Shown here: piece by piece, positions 61,531 to 64,000 of the stretch | How positions within the stretch are numbered: the stretch's first letter is position 1 | Layout: every line of letters starts with the position of its first letter | Assembly: GCF_006345805.1 (NCBI RefSeq) | Contig: NC_043002.1 | Coordinates: 53,692,001 to 53,756,000 of the forward strand | Reading direction: 5' to 3' | Source: Octopus sinensis | Lineage: Eukaryota | DNA: 64,000 bases | Notes under the pieces: generated by a model | Told to the model about the DNA's origin: nothing | The model's database searches: none | Seen by the model: only the letters and a program-made list of their open reading frames with translations | Translations under genes and position numbers: made by a program

Positions 61531-64000
61531 GATTCATATCATCTCGACTAAGACGCTGTAGTTCACGTTTTGCCATATAAAATTTCTAGTCTTAATAGAT
61601 TTGAGTTAAAAGCTTATGACAGCTAGCTTTGCTATTCAGCAGTAAATGTTTGATAAAATATTGAACAATATATATATTTGCGAATGGAGTTCAGTCGAAT
61701 CTCTATGCATTTTCATGACTAAGAGCTGTGCGCTTATTTCCATTTTTCTCTTTTCCATTCCTTTGCTCGTTCTTTTTTTCTCTTCTGATTCTTTCTCTCT
61801 CCTACTTTGTCCCTCTCTTTCCCTCCTTCCTCGTACTCTCTCCCTTTCTCTCTTTCTTGTTCATGCCGTCTTATAGATATATACGATAGCATTAGCTAAC
61901 TGCCAGCAATCTTATAGATGTCCCATTAAATCTATATTTCTGTTTGAATGTAAGCCAAACGAGATAAAAATAACATGCAAAAATCGAAATTGCTAAGCTA
62001 AGCTTATCAGGATTATTATACAAATTTAGCCAAGGGAAATAACTCTAATAAGCCAATGGTATGGATTAAGATAAATCAAGTGCCGATGTACTGAATAATG
62101 TACACATAAAAAATACTCAAAAATATTTTAGTTTACCTTTTAGTTGAAGACAAAAATCAAGTTCATAGCAACAATCAATAGTGACATAAAATAAGAGATA
62201 ATTTCCAGAAATTAATAATTAATTAAAAATAAATATAAGTAATTTGTCATGCTCAAGGGAAAATCTGGTCTTTAGTAGCAGAGATATTAACTGCAATGGG
62301 TTGGCCTTAGCATCATTAGAGCTTCTTAATTGAGCATATATTTAGCATAAATCTGGTTAATTAGAAGATAGGAGTGCTTGCGTATAGAAAAATACTTTTC
62401 AAGATTTCGACTTAGTAGTAATTTGCATAATATTGAACGCAAATAAAAGAAATACACTAAATATGCCAATACCATGATTTAAAACAAAGCAAATATACAA
62501 TAATGGACTCGACAGGGATAATAGATTCAGATAGGTACCGTTCAAGCACTCTAGTATAATTTGAGTTCTGCCTAACCGCATCGAATAATATGGAATAACT
62601 TGGGGCTATTTAAGGTAAACAATCCCAATGGCACAAAATGAACTTTGTATGACATTTTGTCATTTTTAATACACAGTCTTGTGATCAAGAGCAGTCCTAT
62701 GTTCAAAATCAGCACAGTTGCTACCCACCTTCTCATCGTTTATTCAGCGAAAGTCAACGGGTTTTCAATGTGATTGAGAAATATAATTTCAATTTCCCTT
62801 AAATTACACCCTAACAACATCATTAAATGTTATTTCATTGCAGAGGTTGATATGAAATATCCAGGAAAAAAAAATATATATATATAACTGATAAAATATA
62901 ACTGCTTTTATGTTTATCCTTTTTATGCTTACATTTTTTAGAGTAGCTGATGGATTATTGGGCTCTAATATAGATACATTACTTTAATATAGATACGTTG
63001 CTTTAATATTGATTCATTGCTCTGCGCAACATGTACATAATTTGCAACTATGTTAAAGAAAAGACAAGCACGGCTTAGCATGATGCGACTCGAACTTGAT
63101 GATGTAAATAGCATCTAAACACCGGAGTATTTCGCGACTCAACAAGACAACACATGCTTGATAGAATTATTACAAACCTAATAGAAAGAGCAATCAAATC
63201 CCTTGTAATGATTAAATTCTTACTGGGCTGAAAGTTTGTAGTCCATTGTCATTATTTGGGGAACTAATGCTGCCATTCACTTTAGATCTAATTTGAATTA
63301 TTTCACGTATATATTTAATATCATTACAATAAATAAATAAACATCACGAATATAATTCTACGATTTTATCGAAATGAATAGACGCTAATAACAGGTAACG
63401 CTTATTGAAGAAACATAAATAACTGCATTATGTATCCATGTTGCATGTGATGAATAAAATATTGATTCATTTTATCAGTAAGAATTTTTAAGTTTCTTGG
63501 AATCTTCTTATATTCCTTTTGGTAATAATAAATATATAGCTAAATTCTATAAAACTCTATGGCATTTAATATGAAGTTATAATAGCATTGCCGAAAATAA
63601 TCAAACTTATATTTAGCATTTAAATAATTCAGAGAAATTGGAATAATGCACGTGGAAAATAAAAGATAAGTCACTGCTAAGATGTTTTATTCATGGAATT
63701 CTAAAGAGCTATAAATTAAAATTAAGCTGCGGAAAACACAAAAACAAAACCATGTTGCTCATTTATAAATATTTTGTATTGTTTATGTACAAAAGTGAAA
63801 GTATCTCGATAAAATTTTATTCTGGCCTTATCTATGAAGCATAACCTCCACGTATATGCTGATGAAGTATTGTATGGACACAGTGTATTTATTGGGATAG
63901 AAAAATTCTATTGTATACTGATTCAGAAAATCTCACCACATGAAAAACAAAATAAAATAAAACATTTGGTATTGTTAGCACATTTAATACAGAGAAATCT

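Overview
AT-rich, gene-poor eukaryotic DNA packed with microsatellites and transposable-element debris. The SINE families and the (AT)n/(GATA)n density look like an octopus (coleoid cephalopod) genome; this is inference from repeat content, not a database result. No host protein-coding exon could be supported, and most ORFs in the supplied track are microsatellite translations. Main content: (1) a full-length ~5.9 kb Tx1/L1-clade non-LTR retrotransposon (33321-39220, minus) embedded in a (GATA)n tract, with no in-frame stops and ten frameshifts all consistent with single-base deletions, so probably intact and young; (2) a truncated sister Tx1 family ending in (ATC)n, facing an R4/Dong element ending in (TAA)n; (3) one intact tRNA-Asp(GTC) gene followed 12 nt later by a SINE/LINE 3' tail and lacking a nearby T4 terminator; (4) five near-intact and four decayed minimal type-I hammerhead ribozyme motifs of unrelated sequence, each with a palindromic stem III where still legible, at Penelope-like element ends; (5) a CR1-group LINE 3' end sharing a covarying stem-loop with a tRNA-derived SINE family; (6) decayed Tc1, mariner and maT elements, MITEs, two Helitrons, RTE and CR1 fragments, three SINE families, a 947-bp palindrome, a 230-bp hairpin, and several microsatellite-bounded local duplications that may be partly assembly artefacts.
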